The notes below the pieces were generated by a model, which saw only the letters and a program-made list of their open reading frames with translations, did not search any database and was not told the origin of the DNA. From Oceanispirochaeta sp. (GTDB lineage Bacteria; Spirochaetota; Spirochaetia; DSM-2461), in NCBI GenBank assembly GCA_963666275.2, contig CAXXOA010000002.1:64001-128000 (forward strand): a DNA stretch of 64,000 nucleotides, in the 5' to 3' direction. Positions 47,674-58,302 of the stretch are shown here, one piece after another. The position numbers and the translations under genes are program-made. The first letter of the stretch is position 1. Each line of letters begins with the position of its first letter.

Positions 47674-48975
47674 TTAGATTTTTCTCTTGTCGATAACCCG
47701 TTTCGCCTTACCCTCGGACCGGGCAATGGACTTGGGCTCCACCAGTTTGATCATCATGCTGATCCCCAGCTCCTGCTTGATCTCCGCATGAATCTTGTTC
47801 TTGATCTTTTCAAGAGTTTTCGTTTCATCCGTAAAGAAACTGGGTTCCACTTCTACCTGGAGTTCCACTTCATCCAGATGGGTTTCTCCCCGTTCAATAA
47901 CGATCTGATAATGGGGCTCGGTCTCTTCAATCCTCATCAGAACATTCTCGATCTGACTGGGGAAGACATTGACCCCTCTGAGAATGAGCATATCATCGGT
48001 TCTTCCCAGGAGGCGGTGCATTTTCACAGTAGTCCTTCCGCAGGGACACTCATCATGCCACAGCCAGGTGATATCCCTGGTCCGGTACCGGATGATAGGA
48101 GTCCCTTCCCGGGTAATTGTTGTAAAAACAAGCTCTCCCTTCTCGCCTTCAGGCAGGACTTCCCCTGTTTCGGGATTGATGATTTCAGGATAGAAATGAT
48201 CTTCATTGACGTGGAGACCGTTATGGGCTTCGCACTCGTTGGAGACACCGGGACCGACAATTTCCGTGAGTCCGTAGATATCGAAGGCCTGAAGGTTCAG
48301 TTTCTCTTCGATCTCTTTCCTCATATTGTCACTCCAGGGCTCGGCCCCGAAAATTCCGGATTTGAGTGAGAGCTGTTTAAAGTCTATTCCCATCTCTTTG
48401 GCGACTTCCGCCATATAGAGAGAGTAGGAGGGAGTACAGGTCAGCATGGTGGACTTGAAATCCCGCATCAGCATCAGCTGCCTTTTGGTATTGCCTGAGG
48501 CAGCGGGGATTGTATTGCATCCCAGAGTATGGGAACCGTAATGGACTCCCAGTCCTCCTGTGAACATTCCGTATCCGTAGGCATTCTGAACCACATCATC
48601 GGGAGTTCCCCCGGCCATACAGAGACAGCGGGCCATCACTTCCGACCACATGGCGATATCCGCTTTGGTATAGGCGCCCAGAACAGGAGTTCCCGTTGTG
48701 CCCGAAGAGGTATGGATCTCGACAATATCCTTTTCAACCACAGCCAGGAGACCGTAGGGATAGGTTTCCCGCATTTCATCTTTGGTTGTAAAAGGCAGTT
48801 TGGCAATATCTTCGATGGAATTGATATCATCGGGTTTCACCCCGATTTCATCCATTTTTTTCGTATAGAACGGGATGTTCTCATACACATGCCGAACCAT
48901 CTTCTTCAAGTTGTAAAGCTGCTGAACTTTCCGGTCTTCCCGATTGTCACACTCGGCTTTTGGATTCCAGATCAC
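47674..48975 (-). CDS. paaK: Phenylacetate-CoA ligase family protein (copy 2)
   Basis: [41 protein letters not shown] 48975 has an AAGGAGG SD. Confidence 0.9.
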   Translation of the reverse strand: MIWNPKAECDNREDRKVQQLYNLKKMVRHVYENIPFYTKKMDEIGVKPDDINSIEDIAKLPFTTKDEMRETYPYGLLAVVEKDIVEIHTSSGTTGTPVLGAYTKADIAMWSEVMARCLCMAGGTPDDVVQNAYGYGMFTGGLGVHYGSHTLGCNTIPAASGNTKRQLMLMRDFKSTMLTCTPSYSLYMAEVAKEMGIDFKQLSLKSGIFGAEPWSDNMRKEIEEKLNLQAFDIYGLTEIVGPGVSNECEAHNGLHVNEDHFYPEIINPETGEVLPEGEKGELVFTTITREGTPIIRYRTRDITWLWHDECPCGRTTVKMHRLLGRTDDMLILRGVNVFPSQIENVLMRIEETEPHYQIVIERGETHLDEVELQVEVEPSFFTDETKTLEKIKNKIHAEIKQELGISMMIKLVEPKSIARSEGKAKRVIDKRKI

Positions 48976-49015
48976 AATATCCTCCTTATGCTGCAAATAA
49001 CAGTAGTTCTATCCT

Positions 49016-50332
49016 CTAGTAGAGTCCTTTCCTCTCGTCCACAACCCGTATGGCCTTTCCCTGCTGAACCGGTAGAAAACCGGGTTCGTGCAGTTCCACT
49101 GCAGGATTGATGGTAATATAGGCTCTCAGTTCCTCTTTTATTCTCTCTTTCAGAGAATTCAAGTCCCGGGCATCGTCCGAAAAGAGCTCCGCTCCGACTT
49201 CGGTCTGAATCGTCAGTCTGTCCAGGGTTCCCTCTTTCTGAACCTTGATCAGATAATTGGTCCCGATACCGGGCATCTTCATGATCACTTCTTCGATCTG
49301 GGAGGGAAATACATTCACTCCGTTGATAATAAGCATATCATCGGTTCTGCCCTTGATCCTTGTAATCCTCCGGCTGGTTCTTCCGCAGCTGCAGGGTTCG
49401 GGTACGATTTTTGTAAGATCCTTTGTTCTGTAGCGCAGGAGGGGGGTTCCCGTTCTGATCAGTATTGTCAGGACAAGCTCCCCTTCCACACCCTCGTCCA
49501 CAGGTTCCAGAGTGGTCCGGTCTATGGTTTCAAGATAATAGGCATCTTCCCATACATGCATCCCGTTTTTCTCTTCGCATTCAAAGGCCACACTGGGACC
49601 GTTCATTTCGGACAATCCGTAGGAGTTGTAGGCATCGATTCCGTAAAGTTCCTCGATCTTCTGCCGGATCTCTTCCGAATGGGGTTCTGCTCCTATGAGA
49701 GCTCTTTTCAGATTGAAATCGTCCATGGAGTATCCGAACTCTTCCATCCGGCTATACAGGTGCAGCATATAGCTGGGAGTGGCATGAACCGTTGTGGTTT
49801 TGAAATCTTTCATTAGCTGAAACTGGCGCTTCGTGTTCCCGCTGGAAGCGGGAATGACAAGCATTCCCAGTTTTTCCGCCCCGTAGTGAAGACCGATCCC
49901 CCCGGTAAAGAGACCATAGGTCATCATGTTCTGAAAAACATCGCCCTTATGGCATCCTGTCGCTTTCAGGGAACGGACGGTCATATTGGTCCAGTTGTCC
50001 AGATCATTCTGGGTATGGTAGATCACCGTGGGAGTTCCCGTGGTGCCGCTGGAGGCATGCATCCTGACGATTTCATCCAGATCCACCGAAAGAAGACCAT
50101 AGGGATAGGCTTCCCTCAAATCATCTTTGGTGGTATAGGGAATCTTCTGAATATCCTCAAGACAGCTTATATCTTCTGCCGAAACAATCCCCACACCGTT
50201 GAGCCTCTCCCTGTAGAAAGGAGTGGTCAGAGCTGTGGCGACAGTTTTTTTCAATCTCAGAAGCTGAAGGGCCTGAAGGGCTTCCCTGTCCAGGCGCTCC
50301 ACCTCTTCATCTTTATAGAGATCATGAATCAT
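49016..50332 (-). CDS. paaK: Phenylacetate-CoA ligase family protein (copy 1)
   Basis: HASSGTTG, FTGGIGLHYG, GAEPH, YGLSE, RYRTKD, GRTDDM. Confidence 0.9.
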   Translation of the reverse strand: MIHDLYKDEEVERLDREALQALQLLRLKKTVATALTTPFYRERLNGVGIVSAEDISCLEDIQKIPYTTKDDLREAYPYGLLSVDLDEIVRMHASSGTTGTPTVIYHTQNDLDNWTNMTVRSLKATGCHKGDVFQNMMTYGLFTGGIGLHYGAEKLGMLVIPASSGNTKRQFQLMKDFKTTTVHATPSYMLHLYSRMEEFGYSMDDFNLKRALIGAEPHSEEIRQKIEELYGIDAYNSYGLSEMNGPSVAFECEEKNGMHVWEDAYYLETIDRTTLEPVDEGVEGELVLTILIRTGTPLLRYRTKDLTKIVPEPCSCGRTSRRITRIKGRTDDMLIINGVNVFPSQIEEVIMKMPGIGTNYLIKVQKEGTLDRLTIQTEVGAELFSDDARDLNSLKERIKEELRAYITINPAVELHEPGFLPVQQGKAIRVVDERKGLY

Positions 50333-50897
50333 AGGAAGCCGCTCCCAGTTCCAGGGCTTTGAAGTTGACCTTTATGATATCCTCCCCCTTCCGGGCAAAG
50401 AGTTTGGAAACAGCCTTTTTCAGATCATCCATGGACACAGGAAGGTGGGGAGACGCGGCTCCCACAATCACCATGTTTCCCGCTCTGGCTGATCCGGCTT
50501 CCCTGGCGATTTCCGCATCATTCACAAGACGAACATTGGGAAGGGCCTTCACGGCTTTATGAACTTCTTCCAGTTCAGGATAGTTGGGAATATTGATAAC
50601 CGGTCCTGCAGAGGTGACGAGCAGGCCTGATTCAGAAAGCCAGGGAAGGTAGCGGAGGCTTTCCAGGGGTTCCATACTGAGAACCATGTCCGCCGTGCCC
50701 TGAGCAATCAGATCCGAATAGATCTCCCCGTCGGAAATTCTCATATGAGCCATCACGGCACCGCCCCTCTGGGCCATACCATGAACTTCCGACTGCCTGA
50801 CATTGAATCCCGCTTCGGCCGCAGCAGAAGCAATCACAGCGGCAAGGGAGAGAACTCCCTGCCCGCCTACTCCGGAAAGAATTATATCGTACTTCAC
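50322..50897 (-). CDS. iorB: Indolepyruvate:ferredoxin oxidoreductase beta subunit
   Basis: GVGGQG, SEVHGMAQRGGAV. Confidence 0.92.
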   Translation of the reverse strand: MKYDIILSGVGGQGVLSLAAVIASAAAEAGFNVRQSEVHGMAQRGGAVMAHMRISDGEIYSDLIAQGTADMVLSMEPLESLRYLPWLSESGLLVTSAGPVINIPNYPELEEVHKAVKALPNVRLVNDAEIAREAGSARAGNMVIVGAASPHLPVSMDDLKKAVSKLFARKGEDIIKVNFKALELGAASYDS

Positions 50898-52498
50898 TCT
50901 GCTGCCTCCTTTTTCTTTCCTTTCCGTGCGGTTTCAATACATTCCCGAACGGCTATCACAACTGAAACCCCTTTATAGGCCAGTTCTTTTTTCAGTTTTT
51001 CCTTATTTTCTTCATGGAACTTCCGGTGGGCCGGAATGGTTATCAGGTGGGCTTCGTCCACACCGATCCCGCGAACCACATTTTCCAAACGGGATGAAGG
51101 CAGGATCGTGGTCTGCCCTCCCGTCATAGCGACGGTTTCATTGTCTACTATAATGATTGTCAGATCGGTTCCGCAGGAGACACAGTCCACCAGCCCGGTC
51201 AGTCCGGAATGGAGGAATGTGCTGTCTCCTATGACTGCCATGACATTTTTCAGTCCCGCTTCGGATGCGCCTTTGGCGGCGGTTATGGAAGCGCCCATGC
51301 AGATAATGGTCTCAGGAACGCCCAGGGGAGGAAGAGCTCCCAGAGCATAGCATCCGATGTCGGAAGTAACCGTACTCTCTTCCAGCTCAGCCTGAACCTC
51401 TTTGATAACCTTATATGTATCATCGTGTGGACATCCCCTGCAGAGCTGGGGAGGCCGTCCGGGCAGGTCCATGGAAGCGGTGGGACCTGATCGTTCGGGC
51501 AGCCCCAGCACCGGACGGATATTATCCGGATTGAGCTCTCCCTGACGGGGAACAGCCTGATCCATCTTTCCCTTGACGGAAACATCCATGGGAAGGATTC
51601 CCCTCAACAGGCGTTCCACATAGGGATACCCCTCCTCCAGGAGGATGATTTCATCCACGCCGGAAGCCAGCTGACGGATCTTTTTCTCGGGAATGGGATA
51701 GGCCCCGATATGCAGATGGGAAGGAGAGTCTTTCAGTTCCCCTTCGTTTTCTTTGAAGTAGTTATATCCCAGACCGGTTGTTATAACCCCTCTGGTTGTA
51801 TTTTCCTTATTTAAAACCATTGGGTTGAAGTCTGTTGATTCTGTATAGGCAAGCATATCGCTCTGCCTGTCCAGAAGACTGGCCCAGCGCCTTCTCGCAT
51901 TGGCCGGCAGGAGCATCCAGTCCTGTTTGTTCAGGGCCTTGTCCAGAGGATTCTCCGCCCTGGCATCTCTTGTTCTGATGGAAGCTCTTGAGTGGGAGAG
52001 CCTTGTAACCAGGCGCAGGATCACAGGGACATGGAATTTTTCCGAAAGCTCAAAGGCTTCCCGGGTCATATCGTAGGCCTGCTGCTGATTCACCGGTTCC
52101 AGACAGGGGATCCTGGCAAAATCGGCGTAAAAGCGGGTATCCTGTTCATTCTGGGAAGAGTGCATCCCCGGGTCATCCGCCACGACAATCAGAAGACCTC
52201 CTCTGATATCCAGAAGGGATCCGTTCATAAATGCATCAGCGGCCACATTGAGCCCTACATGCTTCATAGTAACGATGGCCCGTTTCCCCGCAAAAGAGGT
52301 CCCCAGAGCTTCTTCCAGAGCGGTTTTCTCGTTACTGGACCATCTGGCAAAGGGGGCTCCGTTCTTTTCACTGAACTCCAAGAGATATTCCATAATTTCG
52401 GTAGAGGGGGTCCCGGGGTAACCGTAACAGGAGGAAACTCCTCCATGAACAGCACCTATGGCAACCGCTTCATCACCGAGCACAACCATTTCAGACAT
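50894..52498 (-). CDS. iorA: Indolepyruvate:ferredoxin oxidoreductase alpha subunit (no C-terminal ferredoxin domain)
   Basis: YPGTPSTE, NEK, KHVGLNVAAD, SSQNEQD, CRGCPH, DIGCY, GDSTF, DN..AMTGGQ. Confidence 0.92.
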   Translation of the reverse strand: MSEMVVLGDEAVAIGAVHGGVSSCYGYPGTPSTEIMEYLLEFSEKNGAPFARWSSNEKTALEEALGTSFAGKRAIVTMKHVGLNVAADAFMNGSLLDIRGGLLIVVADDPGMHSSQNEQDTRFYADFARIPCLEPVNQQQAYDMTREAFELSEKFHVPVILRLVTRLSHSRASIRTRDARAENPLDKALNKQDWMLLPANARRRWASLLDRQSDMLAYTESTDFNPMVLNKENTTRGVITTGLGYNYFKENEGELKDSPSHLHIGAYPIPEKKIRQLASGVDEIILLEEGYPYVERLLRGILPMDVSVKGKMDQAVPRQGELNPDNIRPVLGLPERSGPTASMDLPGRPPQLCRGCPHDDTYKVIKEVQAELEESTVTSDIGCYALGALPPLGVPETIICMGASITAAKGASEAGLKNVMAVIGDSTFLHSGLTGLVDCVSCGTDLTIIIVDNETVAMTGGQTTILPSSRLENVVRGIGVDEAHLITIPAHRKFHEENKEKLKKELAYKGVSVVIAVRECIETARKGKKKEAAE

Positions 52499-52765
52499 GT
52501 GAACTCCTTTAGACTTATGATGTGATCCACCCTAAAGGGGCAGAAGTTATTCATTAGATTTTTTTAGGTATAAGAACAGGGATCCGTTGTTTAGAATCCC
52601 CATTGTCATCCTGTAACCTAATATTTATACCATGGCCCAGAGAGGAGAGAAAGCGGGAAATTTGCATTTGTATTTCTGATTGAGGAATATAATGATGAAA
52701 AAAGAGGCATGTAGCCCGGGAGAATCGCTTTTCAGAGATGCAGAGGCAGATTCAGAAGTCCCATA

Positions 52766-53296
52766 TCAGCAGGAGCAGTTATAGACATTCCTGTATATAG
52801 TGAGCCTGACTTTTTCAAAATCCGGCATATCGAGCCTTTGGGGATAACTCATAAGGAAAAGGGGGACATCTTTCTTGCCTTCTTCCATGGGAGGCTGAAT
52901 ATAATCGTACACATTCAGATGGAACCCCAGGGATTCATAGAAACCGATCCTTCTGACAGCATCGCAATTGACTGGCCGTTCCACTTCCAGAATCACCGGT
53001 TTCCCTTCCGATTCCAGGAGCTCCCGCATAATGGAGGAACCGATACCGCTTCCCCTCACTTCGGGAACCACAGCCATGTGGTCGACAAAGACAAAATCTG
53101 TAAAATGAAAAGTGTTGATAAACCCCTGATACAGATCATCGGATTTGTAGTGGCGTATCCTGAAGGCGGGATGAGACATTATCTCTTTCTGGAGATCCAG
53201 TCCCCTTTTTTCATCCTCGGGGAATGCCTGATTGTACAGATCCCAGAAGTTATCAAAGTCACTTGTTTTTGTATCTATCATAAAACTGAGAGTCAT
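52766..53296 (-). CDS. GNAT-family acetyltransferase
   Basis: AFPEDEKR, VRGSGIGS, LEVE, RRIGFYE, YIQPP. Confidence 0.88.
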   Translation of the reverse strand: MTLSFMIDTKTSDFDNFWDLYNQAFPEDEKRGLDLQKEIMSHPAFRIRHYKSDDLYQGFINTFHFTDFVFVDHMAVVPEVRGSGIGSSIMRELLESEGKPVILEVERPVNCDAVRRIGFYESLGFHLNVYDYIQPPMEEGKKDVPLFLMSYPQRLDMPDFEKVRLTIYRNVYNCSC

Positions 53297-53359
53297 AAAA
53301 GCAGGAAAGCCCCCCTCCCGTCAAGACAGAAAGGGGACATCCCGTACAATTAGAGCAAA

Positions 53360-55225
53360 TCAGGTTCTGAATTTACCGAATTCTGTGTTAAGCAATTCCA
53401 CAATTTCACTGAGCTTCTCGGTAGTTGTCACCACGCCTTCGATAGCACTGGTGATTCCCGAAGATTTATCAGTTATACTGGCGACCTTCTCGGAAACACT
53501 GGTGGAAACAGCTTTCACAGAGGAGGAATTCTCCATCATTGTCTGAACGCCGCTTTTTATCTCGATAGATCCGTCCCGGATCACTGCCGTCACGTTATTG
53601 ATCTCCTGAGAGGCATTCATGATCTGAGACCCCCCTGTATTCAGTTCGGAAATAGAGTACTCAATCTCCTTAAAGGCTCCGACAGTCGATTCAATCTCCT
53701 GACTGATTTTTGTAAAGGCATCGTCAATACTGATAACATTCTCATTGGTATTCTGGATTCCCGATGCGATATCGCCCACAACCTTGGCTATGTTGGTAGA
53801 GGATATGGATGTGGAATCCGCAAGTTTCCGGATCTCTTCCGCTACAACGGCGAACCCTTTCCCGGACTCTCCCGCATGGGCCGCTTCAATAGCGGCATTC
53901 ATGGACAGGAGGTTAGTCTGACTGGCAATGGAACTGATAATATTGGCTAGCTCATTGATCGAACCGATCTTGGTAACCACACCGGAAAAATCCGTTCTCA
54001 TATGTTCCAGAAGATCTTTTCCCTCGGTCATCTGAACCTGGAGTTTCTCTATGGAAGACCTTTTATTTTTGGTTATGCCATCTACACTGTTCAGAGAGGA
54101 CATCATTTCATTGATGGCGGATGTGGATTCCTCCACCATCTGAGCCTGGCTCTCGATCTGAGAATCAAAAGAGTTGATATTTGATGTTATCTCTTCTGTG
54201 GCAGTAACACTGCTGTGAATGTTCTCGTTCAGCACTTGAAGCTGCTGTTCCATTTCCTGTATATCGCTGCTTATGCCGGAGATCGAACTGCTTGTAGTGA
54301 CTGTCGATTCCTGAAGGGAGTTCTGAAGCTCAACAGTGGTCTGAACAGCGCCCTGAGTCTCCTGGACAAGCAGCCTCAGTTTACCCACGAAATCATTGAA
54401 CCGGGAAGCAACCGTACCGATCTCATCTTTTGATGATACATCGATCTGAGCGGTCAGATCCGCGTCTCCCGAGGCAATGGCTGTAATGGATTCGGCAATC
54501 GATTTAAGAGGATTTATAAAGCGCCGTAAAATAAGAGCCAGAAGGACAAGACCGACAGTCAGATAGACCAGCTGAATGAGAAGGAATATCAACTGAAAAC
54601 GATTGATGGTAAGCTGTAAATCCTGAGAGAATTCATTGTTTTTGGTTTCAATGTCCCCGATGTACTCCCCCACTCCGAAAAAGAACTGGTATCCATCAAT
54701 CTCAAAAGGCGTATAGTAACCAACCTTGGGTTCCACAGTCTCTGATCTGGGGTTGTTCCAGTAGTAGGTTGTAAATCCGCCGCCCGATTTAGCCGCTTCG
54801 ATCATATCCCGGACAAGATAGTTCCCCAGTTCATCCTGGGCATCGTAAAGATTGCTTTTCATTTCCGTGTCAGGCGCAAGCTGATAGGAGATCCTCAGTC
54901 CTTCATAATCATAGGCAAAGTAATATCCCACATCGCCGAAGGAGGCGTCCCGGATAACCTTTCTCACGACACTCAATTTCTCTTCAGTCCCCAATCCCTG
55001 CCGATCCAGATCAGTCACCAGCCCCTGAAGGAGAGTTTCAAGAGTTTCACTCTGGAACTGAAGGGCCCTTTTCCTGGCATCCAGGAGAAAATCATAGTTG
55101 ATCGTCATGACCTGGGTATTAATATTTCTAAAAATACTGGAAAGAGAAAGAAAAATGATCCCGAAAAAAAGGATGTAGGATCCGAAGACTATAAGTAGGA
55201 TCCTTTTCAAGAAAATATTTTTCAC
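53360..55225 (-). CDS. Methyl-accepting chemotaxis protein (Cache-TM-HAMP-MA)
   Basis: GYYF...D..G...[12 protein letters not shown] Cache domain; [42 protein letters not shown]. Confidence 0.95.
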   Translation of the reverse strand: MKNIFLKRILLIVFGSYILFFGIIFLSLSSIFRNINTQVMTINYDFLLDARKRALQFQSETLETLLQGLVTDLDRQGLGTEEKLSVVRKVIRDASFGDVGYYFAYDYEGLRISYQLAPDTEMKSNLYDAQDELGNYLVRDMIEAAKSGGGFTTYYWNNPRSETVEPKVGYYTPFEIDGYQFFFGVGEYIGDIETKNNEFSQDLQLTINRFQLIFLLIQLVYLTVGLVLLALILRRFINPLKSIAESITAIASGDADLTAQIDVSSKDEIGTVASRFNDFVGKLRLLVQETQGAVQTTVELQNSLQESTVTTSSSISGISSDIQEMEQQLQVLNENIHSSVTATEEITSNINSFDSQIESQAQMVEESTSAINEMMSSLNSVDGITKNKRSSIEKLQVQMTEGKDLLEHMRTDFSGVVTKIGSINELANIISSIASQTNLLSMNAAIEAAHAGESGKGFAVVAEEIRKLADSTSISSTNIAKVVGDIASGIQNTNENVISIDDAFTKISQEIESTVGAFKEIEYSISELNTGGSQIMNASQEINNVTAVIRDGSIEIKSGVQTMMENSSSVKAVSTSVSEKVASITDKSSGITSAIEGVVTTTEKLSEIVELLNTEFGKFRT

Positions 55226-55394
55226 TCGCTAAACTCCTGATTTATCTGCATATGCATTATTAAAAGTATATAATCGCTCTTTATATCTACACTATTTAAA
55301 TAATCGAATATCAGAAACTGCAATTCAATGAATTATTTGTGTAGAGATAGTGGAGTTGTCTATAATAGAGTTTAGGAAAACTAGGAGTTAAAAA

Positions 55395-56069
55395 ATGAAA
55401 AAAATCAGTCTTTTCCTATTTATGATTTTCTGTATTTCCTTTTCTGTGAATGCCATGGAGGCCGGAACTGGAATTTCCGTTTTTGTTCCCGAATCTCTCT
55501 ATACCTACGGAGAAGGCAGTGTCAGCCTGGAACAGAGCCTTGAGTTCAGCCTGGGGCTGGGGGAGTATCTGTCTATACCGGTGGGCTTCACCTACAATAC
55601 CAACTACGGCCTTATGGTTGACGGAGAGGATAAAGCCGACAGCCCCTGGTTTTATACAGATTCCATTCTCCCCTATGCCATGCTGAAAGCCCATGTTCCC
55701 CTGGGATACCTTTTTATTGAACTTTTCGGCGGCGTGGGAGCCAATTTCAACTTTACCCTGAGAGCTCTGGAAGGGAACATGGAAAAAGATCTTTCTACAG
55801 ACTCAGAACAGGTTGTTTTCGAAGACGGGACTCTGGAATATGACAAGCTCTGGGGCCTGGGATACCTGGCCGGAGCCGGAATCGGAGTGACCATAGACCA
55901 GATCAGTGTGCAGATCTCCTGCCTTTACAGGAATATTCAGCACCAGCTGAACATGTCTGCCGACTATGCGGATGTTTCGGATGTTCAGGGGTCCTACGAT
56001 CCCGGAGAGGATGTCACCCTGCTGATGAGAGGAATTTCCATCGGCCTGGGTGGAAGTTTCGCATTTTAA
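55395..56069 (+). CDS. Putative small outer-membrane beta-barrel protein
   Basis: Signal peptide, amphipathic Gly/aromatic strands, and a C-terminal ISIGLGGSFAF beta-signal-like end. Confidence 0.55.
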   Translation: MKKISLFLFMIFCISFSVNAMEAGTGISVFVPESLYTYGEGSVSLEQSLEFSLGLGEYLSIPVGFTYNTNYGLMVDGEDKADSPWFYTDSILPYAMLKAHVPLGYLFIELFGGVGANFNFTLRALEGNMEKDLSTDSEQVVFEDGTLEYDKLWGLGYLAGAGIGVTIDQISVQISCLYRNIQHQLNMSADYADVSDVQGSYDPGEDVTLLMRGISIGLGGSFAF

Positions 56070-56149
56070 TAGTAAATATCTTATAATTTATAGTAGCTGA
56101 ATATCACTTTGCATCTTGCGTGGTTTTTTGAATACAGGAGGGTGAAAAA

Positions 56150-56326
56150 GTGAAAGAACTGGCAGGCCAATGGTTCATTGTGGAAGGCATAATGGACTAC
56201 AGAGCAGTCAGACAGGTACTTGAATTTCAGAGACACGGCGATCACAGAAGATTTGGAGAGATAGCTCTCTCCCGCCATCTGATAAACGGGAAAGACTTAC
56301 AGCGCTATATCTATTCGCTGGGCTGA
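56150..56326 (+). CDS. 58-aa stand-alone MshEN-like protein (absent from the ORF track)
   Basis: AGGAGG SD, then GTG: MKELAGQWFIVEGIMDYRAVRQVLEFQRHGDHRRFGEIALSRHLINGKDLQRYIYSLG*; followed by a hairpin. Confidence 0.7.
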   Translation: MKELAGQWFIVEGIMDYRAVRQVLEFQRHGDHRRFGEIALSRHLINGKDLQRYIYSLG

Positions 56327-56333
56327 AAAAGAC

Positions 56334-56368
56334 CTGAAGGGGCTGTAGGAAGAGAACAGCCCTTTCAG
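56334..56368. terminator. Hairpin terminator between convergent genes
   Basis: CTGAAGGGGCTGT/ACAGCCCTTTCAG stem. Confidence 0.6.
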
Positions 56369-56377
56369 CTGAAAAAC

Positions 56378-57241
56378 CTATTCTGAAGAACTATCCTCAA
56401 CCGGCAGCTTTTCGACTTTCTCCTTGAGCGTGGAGGAAAAGCGGAAAACCGGGCTCATATGCTCGTCTTTGGCAGGAATGGTAATCTCTTCACCGGTCTG
56501 GGGGTTCCGTCCCAGACGGGCCTTCCGGCGGGGAGTTTTTTTCAATGAGAAACGCCCCATCCTGCCCAGTGAAACACTTTTGCCCAGAAGCAGTCCTGTT
56601 TCGAGCATATAGCTGTAGTCATCCATAATCATCCTGACTTTTTCCTGGCTTAAGCCGCTCTTTCTGGACAGATAGGAAACAATATTCTTTTTATTGAACT
56701 GATCCGTATCCACCCCCTGCAGGGGCATGGTAACTTCTCTATTGAGATGAACAAAGGAATTGGTCAGGAAAACAGTGGCCTCCCTGACCCGTTTATCCTG
56801 CTCCGCCGGAGAGACATCTTCCGAACAGACTACAATTTTATAGAGGGCTGAGGTTTTCTTTAAAGGCCCCAGAGTGAACTGTGCGACCTTTCCCCGCTGA
56901 AGATCCTCTGCCAGAGCTGTTTTATCGCAGTTGACAATATCCGGAACATCAGACCGCATTTTGATGCTGGCATATTCCATCCAGCGCTCACTGCCATAGC
57001 CCAGACTGACAAGGGAGCCTGAAAATGTAAGGAGCAGGGCTCCCCTTTTGTCTCCTTTCTCCAGAGAGGGAACACTCTCCATTCCCAGAAGAGAGATCTG
57101 TTCGTCAAAAAGGGTATCTTTTTTCAGCCAGAGGGCTTCCAGTCTATCCAGGGCTTCGGGGTCTTTACTCCACTCCTCCCGGGAGGATTCCAGAATCCTT
57201 TTCAGATGAGCCCTGATTTCTTCAGGCAGTTTCTGTTCCAT
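56378..57241 (-). CDS. Protein with an unknown N-terminal domain fused to a C-terminal HU/IHF domain
   Basis: C-terminal NKKNIV...VSLGRMGRF...RKARLGRNPQTGEEITIPA...PVFRFSSTLKEKV is the HU signature; about 180 extra aa at the N-terminus. Confidence 0.8.
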   Translation of the reverse strand: MEQKLPEEIRAHLKRILESSREEWSKDPEALDRLEALWLKKDTLFDEQISLLGMESVPSLEKGDKRGALLLTFSGSLVSLGYGSERWMEYASIKMRSDVPDIVNCDKTALAEDLQRGKVAQFTLGPLKKTSALYKIVVCSEDVSPAEQDKRVREATVFLTNSFVHLNREVTMPLQGVDTDQFNKKNIVSYLSRKSGLSQEKVRMIMDDYSYMLETGLLLGKSVSLGRMGRFSLKKTPRRKARLGRNPQTGEEITIPAKDEHMSPVFRFSSTLKEKVEKLPVEDSSSE

Positions 57242-57283
57242 ATCATTCTCCAGATTTCAGGTTTTATATTAATATATACCTGT

Positions 57284-58189
57284 TTAGGTATTTTTTACAC
57301 TTTCTTCAGGATTCAGCATCTTTTTTCTCTGTTTCACTATGGTCAGAATTACAATAATCAGAGCGACAGGCCACAGGGGGGTCATGAAGAGAAAAATGAC
57401 AAGGAAAAAGGGAAATTTCTTTTTCTTCTCTCCCGGACTGGCCGAACCGGTCAGAGAGGATTTCAGCTGGTCTGCGGAGTGATTCCCTGTAAGGGCCCTG
57501 AAATCCTCCTGGGTAAATTCAGGATGCTCCTTCCCGTACTGCTGGAGCCTTTTTATCTTTTCAATCAGTCCGATGGATTTATCTTTCATGATCGCTTCCA
57601 CTTGGGGGGGCATTTTTTTTACACCCTCCGGGCCGGTTCCTCCGGCGGGGACAGAAGGGATATTCTCAGACCGGGGAGCTTCTGATGCCTTGGGAGCAGC
57701 GTCCCTCACAATGGCTCGTCCTTCCTGTGCGGAAGAATCTGGTGAAACATAGGAACGCTCGTAGGGATTCTTCTTTCCCTTCATACGGACAGTATCTCCC
57801 TCCAGAGAGATTCCCAGGGAGTCTATACGGGCCAGTTTCCGGATAAGGGTTCTCAAACGGGGAGCGGAGATTCCTGTGGTCATGGCCAGCTGATCAACCG
57901 TGTTTTTCCGCGAGTACTGCATGGCATCGAGGATTTTCAGGCTCTGCTTCTCTTTATAGCGGACCACCCTCCCTACCAGCTGGGACAGAATGACCCCGAC
58001 AGCGTAAAGGAGGACTGTACTGAGCCGGTTTCCCAGGATATCCGGTGCGGATTTCAGAAATGCAGGAAAATCCTCCACCCGGGGGATAAGACTCAGCCAG
58101 GGCCAGGCAAAAATGGCCGTGGGAAGGAGCATGAGAAAAGAGGCGATAATGAGGATATCATCCATTTTATAGATATTCCGGTTTTCCAT
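57284..58189 (-). CDS. Hypothetical membrane protein (N- and C-terminal TM, central helical/wHTH-like segment)
   Basis: Hydrophobic ends, TVDQLAMTTGISAPRLRTLIRKL, and a Pro-rich linker. Start uncertain (58189 or 58213). Confidence 0.6.
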   Translation of the reverse strand: MENRNIYKMDDILIIASFLMLLPTAIFAWPWLSLIPRVEDFPAFLKSAPDILGNRLSTVLLYAVGVILSQLVGRVVRYKEKQSLKILDAMQYSRKNTVDQLAMTTGISAPRLRTLIRKLARIDSLGISLEGDTVRMKGKKNPYERSYVSPDSSAQEGRAIVRDAAPKASEAPRSENIPSVPAGGTGPEGVKKMPPQVEAIMKDKSIGLIEKIKRLQQYGKEHPEFTQEDFRALTGNHSADQLKSSLTGSASPGEKKKKFPFFLVIFLFMTPLWPVALIIVILTIVKQRKKMLNPEESVKNT

Positions 58190-58302
58190 AGTATTTACAT
58201 CTCCGACAGACACTGTTTCTCTTCTATTATACTCCCCTTTGAAAAGGAAACAACTGATTCTCTCTATAGACCATAAATACGGCTCTGCCTATAATGCCGG
58301 AT

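Noticed and set aside
52499..52765. Aromatic-amino-acid leader peptide upstream of iorA (MTMGILNNGSLFLYLKKI*)
   Set aside because: It has only one Phe and one Tyr codon and no convincing terminator/antiterminator, so it is consistent with chance.
56081..56278. Minus-strand 65-aa ORF
   Set aside because: It has no recognisable motif, and the plus-strand MshEN-like ORF with a strong SD explains the region better.
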